From NCBI GenBank assembly GCA_013239625.1, contig MU053934.1, positions 11,999,413 through 12,063,412 on the forward strand: a DNA stretch of 64,000 bases. Direction: 5' to 3'. This DNA is from Lama guanicoe. Taxonomy: Eukaryota. Of this stretch, positions 61,163 through 64,000 are shown piece after piece (the first letter of the stretch is position 1; each line of letters begins with the position of its first letter). Below the pieces are notes generated by a model. It searched no databases. It saw only the letters and a list, made by a program, of their open reading frames with translations, and was not told the origin of the DNA. Position numbers and translations under genes: made by a program.

Positions 61163-61677
61163 GTACGTTTTTCCGTGGGGACCCTCGAGTGTCCTGCATC
61201 ATCCTTGCTATCCCTGTCGTGATTCCCAGGTGGGCAGAGGCGTGGGAGGGAACCTGGGGCCTTCTGTGGTTTACTGTCCTGGTGTCACCAAAGTCATTCA
61301 TTGGTCACCTGGGCGAAGGGCACAGTCTTGGAGCCCAGAGCCCCCACTGGCTGCGGCCGCTCCTGCCTTCCCTGCTGGCCTGTGGCCACGGCAGGGTGTT
61401 CTCGCTCTCCTGTGTCTAAGTGCGCTGGGCTCCCACGAGGGCCACCCACTGGGCCTGCAGACCCCAGGTGTCACAGCTTCTCCAGACCCCTTGCCCAGGG
61501 GCTTGTGTGCTCCTCAGACAGAACCACAGTTGCTTCCGGGGTAAAGGAGGGCTTAGATTTCATCAGGAGCCCCAGAAAGCTGTTATGAGCATGACCATGT
61601 CGCTTGAGTGAGGAACACTTCCTCTGGGTGAGAACACGGCCCGGGGTGCACTCTGAGCAGGGCTGGTGTCCCCACAG

Positions 61678-61854
61678 CATGCCAAGGAGGGTCCGAGCGG
61701 CCCTGCAGTGGGAATGGCCTCTGCAGTGGAGACGGCAGCAGACAGGGGGACGGGACCTGCCAGTGCCACCTGGGCTACCAGGGGCCACTGTGCACCGACT
61801 GCACAGCCGGGTACTTCAGCGCACTGAGGAACGCCACCCACAGCGTCTGCACAG
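61678..61854 (+). CDS. CRELD2: CRELD2 exon 5 (177 nt): EGF-like domain
   Basis: (A)CQGGSERPCSGNGLCSGDGSRQGDGTCQCHLGYQGPLCTDCTAGYFSALRNATHSVCT; cag acceptor, gtaccg donor. Confidence 0.96.
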
Positions 61855-63268
61855 GTACCGCCGTCCGGGAGGCACACAGGAGCAGCCCCTTTCCCGAGCT
61901 GCTGCGTGGACGGGAGCGGGGGCACTGATGACCTCTCACCCAGACTCCTGGGAGCTTTGGGGAGACGCAGGCCCCTGGGGACCGTGAGAGGGAGATGAGG
62001 GGACCAGTACTTCCCGTCCCTTAGCATCCCTCCCCCTCCGCCCCCTCCCTCCCCATCCCCAGGAGGGCAGAGTGCTGCCCCTATCTCCCAGCGTCCTCCT
62101 GGAGGAGAACTCAGAGGGCCGACAGCACTGGGTCTTCAGTTCTGCTCTGTCCACGCTGCTCTCGGGGCTTTGCGACCTGTGCCAGGCTGCTGTGGCACAA
62201 GCCTGCTCTCCCGGAGATGGTCCCAGCAGGACGGCTGGCCCTAGAGTGCCCTGCTGGCGTCCTCGGCATGCTACGGGGCGCAGAGGCCAGATATGCCCGC
62301 GGTCCCTGGGGCTCAGGGTCTGGGAGTGAACAGAGGGAGGCCCGAAGCAGTGCGCGAGGCGGGATGGTGAGATGAGAGAGAGGACGCCAGAGGCCACGCA
62401 GGGTGACCTCCTGGCCCCCACATCCCCTTCTAGAGGACACACTGTCTTGGTTATCCTGGTGTCAGTTAAAGCAGGCCCTCCTACCTGGTCTTCAGAGGTG
62501 CCCTGGCCAGCATCCTGGGCTTCCCCCTTGAGTCTTGAGATGGGCCCTTGGGTCACCAGCCACACTGACCATTCACGTGGGGGAGGCCTGTGCCCTACTC
62601 CTGAGGCTGCATCAGCCCAGAGTGAGCATCTTGGACCCGCGCCTCCAGACGCAGCTCAAGTGGGCACGGATTTGTAAATCTGCGGAGGAAGGCACAAGGG
62701 GCACCCTTTCCCGATCCGTCTTCTCGTTGGTGTCACTGATGTACAGGAACACTTTGTGGGTTTTTTTGGTGTCGGCAGTCATGTTGAATTCTCACGTTGG
62801 GGGCTGCCGCCCTCTGGGATGCTCCCTGCCGTGAACACGCTGCCGCCTAGAAGGCCGGGCCGCTACGGTTCTCACATCCAGTCTTTTCCCGGACCCTGGG
62901 GCGCCCTTGCGCGTTGGCGGTGGCACGTGCTCGCCCAGCTGAGCGTGGGCCCCGGCGTTTGGGTCGTTCCCTCTGCCAGGTTATAAAAGAGTCCTTTGGA
63001 GTCCTCATTTGCTAGGAATTGTCTCGCTTGTGGACACCAGAGACCCCGTGGATTGTCTTTTCTCGTTAAGCCTAGGAATACCGTTAAGTATGTAAGCAGG
63101 TTTTTCTGTTGGGTGAATCTTCCTTCCCTGGGGCTTTTTTTGCTTGTTTTCGGTTTTTCTTGTCACCCTGACGAATGTAATTCCTAACTTCTGGAACAAC
63201 CTTTGCGTTGTGTTCACTGCTGAGAACGGGGTTCACGCATATGGACAGACATCTCCTCTGCCTTCCAG

Positions 63269-63364
63269 CCTGTGACGAGTCGTGCAAGACGTGCACAGGC
63301 CCCACCAGCAGAGACTGCGGCCAGTGCGAGGCGGGCTGGGTGCAGGAGGATGGCGCCTGCGTGG
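63269..63364 (+). CDS. CRELD2: CRELD2 exon 6 (96 nt): furin-like repeat; the gene continues beyond the window
   Basis: (A)CDESCKTCTGPTSRDCGQCEAGWVQEDGACV; cag acceptor, gtaagg donor. Confidence 0.95.
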
Positions 63365-64000
63365 GTAAGGCTCCGCCCAGTGACCCTCAGGACACCCCGC
63401 TGTGCTCTCTGCCCGTCCTGGACTTGTGGGGAGGGAGGCTCGGATGTTCTTGATTGTGTTTTAAGGGTCCCGCTGTGGAGGCAAGATTTACTTGAGTGAG
63501 ACCTTGCCGGGGGCTGGATGCAGCCTAGACACTGGGTGGGGAGGGTGGCCCCTGCACCAGTCCTTGCCATCAGGTGGCCCCCTGGTCTTGTTGGCTCAGG
63601 GCCCTGGAGGGAAACCTGGGACTTGTGCCAACTGTGGCCCCATGTGCCCTGGTGTCATAAAAGAGACAGATGCCGGGGACAAGGGGACGCAGCGGGGAGA
63701 GGGTGGCCCCTGGCTATGGTGAGGATGGGATTAGCACAGGCAGGGTGCCCGCAGGGCCTGCCGGGGTGCATGGCATACGGGAAGCAGAGGCACAGCCCTC
63801 CTCTTGGCCTGCAGCCACACAGGCGCCCCGCCGAAGTCAGAAGTCAGCTGCCCATCGCAGGGAGGAGGCGTGGCCTTCCTGGCGCTCCCCTGCGCTGGGC
63901 TCTGCGCGGCCCTCGGGTCCCGAGGCCTCCGGCCCTGGCGTTGGGCCCACAGCCCTCCATCCAACGCCGCCCAGGCAGCTAGGGCCACCACGTATGAGCA

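Overview
Mammalian genomic DNA, most likely camelid (three tRNA-Ala-derived vic-1-type SINEs). It carries the conserved ZBED4 (+) / ALG12 (-) / CRELD2 (+) gene block. Positions 1-17 kb are intergenic and dominated by decayed L1, LTR, L2 and DNA-transposon relics. A CpG island with an assembly gap (about 17.25-18.73 kb) is the likely ZBED4 promoter and first exon. A repeat-rich intron of about 19 kb follows, then the single ZBED4 coding exon (domesticated hAT transposase, four BED fingers; 37793-41168), which has one apparent frameshift in a G/C-run tract. ALG12 is complete: 9 coding exons, 1476 nt, 491 aa, including one U12 minor-spliceosome intron. It shares a bidirectional CpG promoter containing a perfect ER-stress element with CRELD2, whose exons 1-6 lie in the window. 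I found no convincing novel biological system. The best second-look items are the ZBED4 frameshift, a ZBED4 uORF cluster, an L1-retroposed polyadenylated ERV-LTR transcript with a related solo LTR in the same window, a composite ERSE/ERSE-II-like element, minisatellites on both sides of the bidirectional promoter, and strong AT-to-GC drift of old repeats inside the ZBED4 intron. Gene identities and repeat family names come from recognising sequence from memory, not from database searches.
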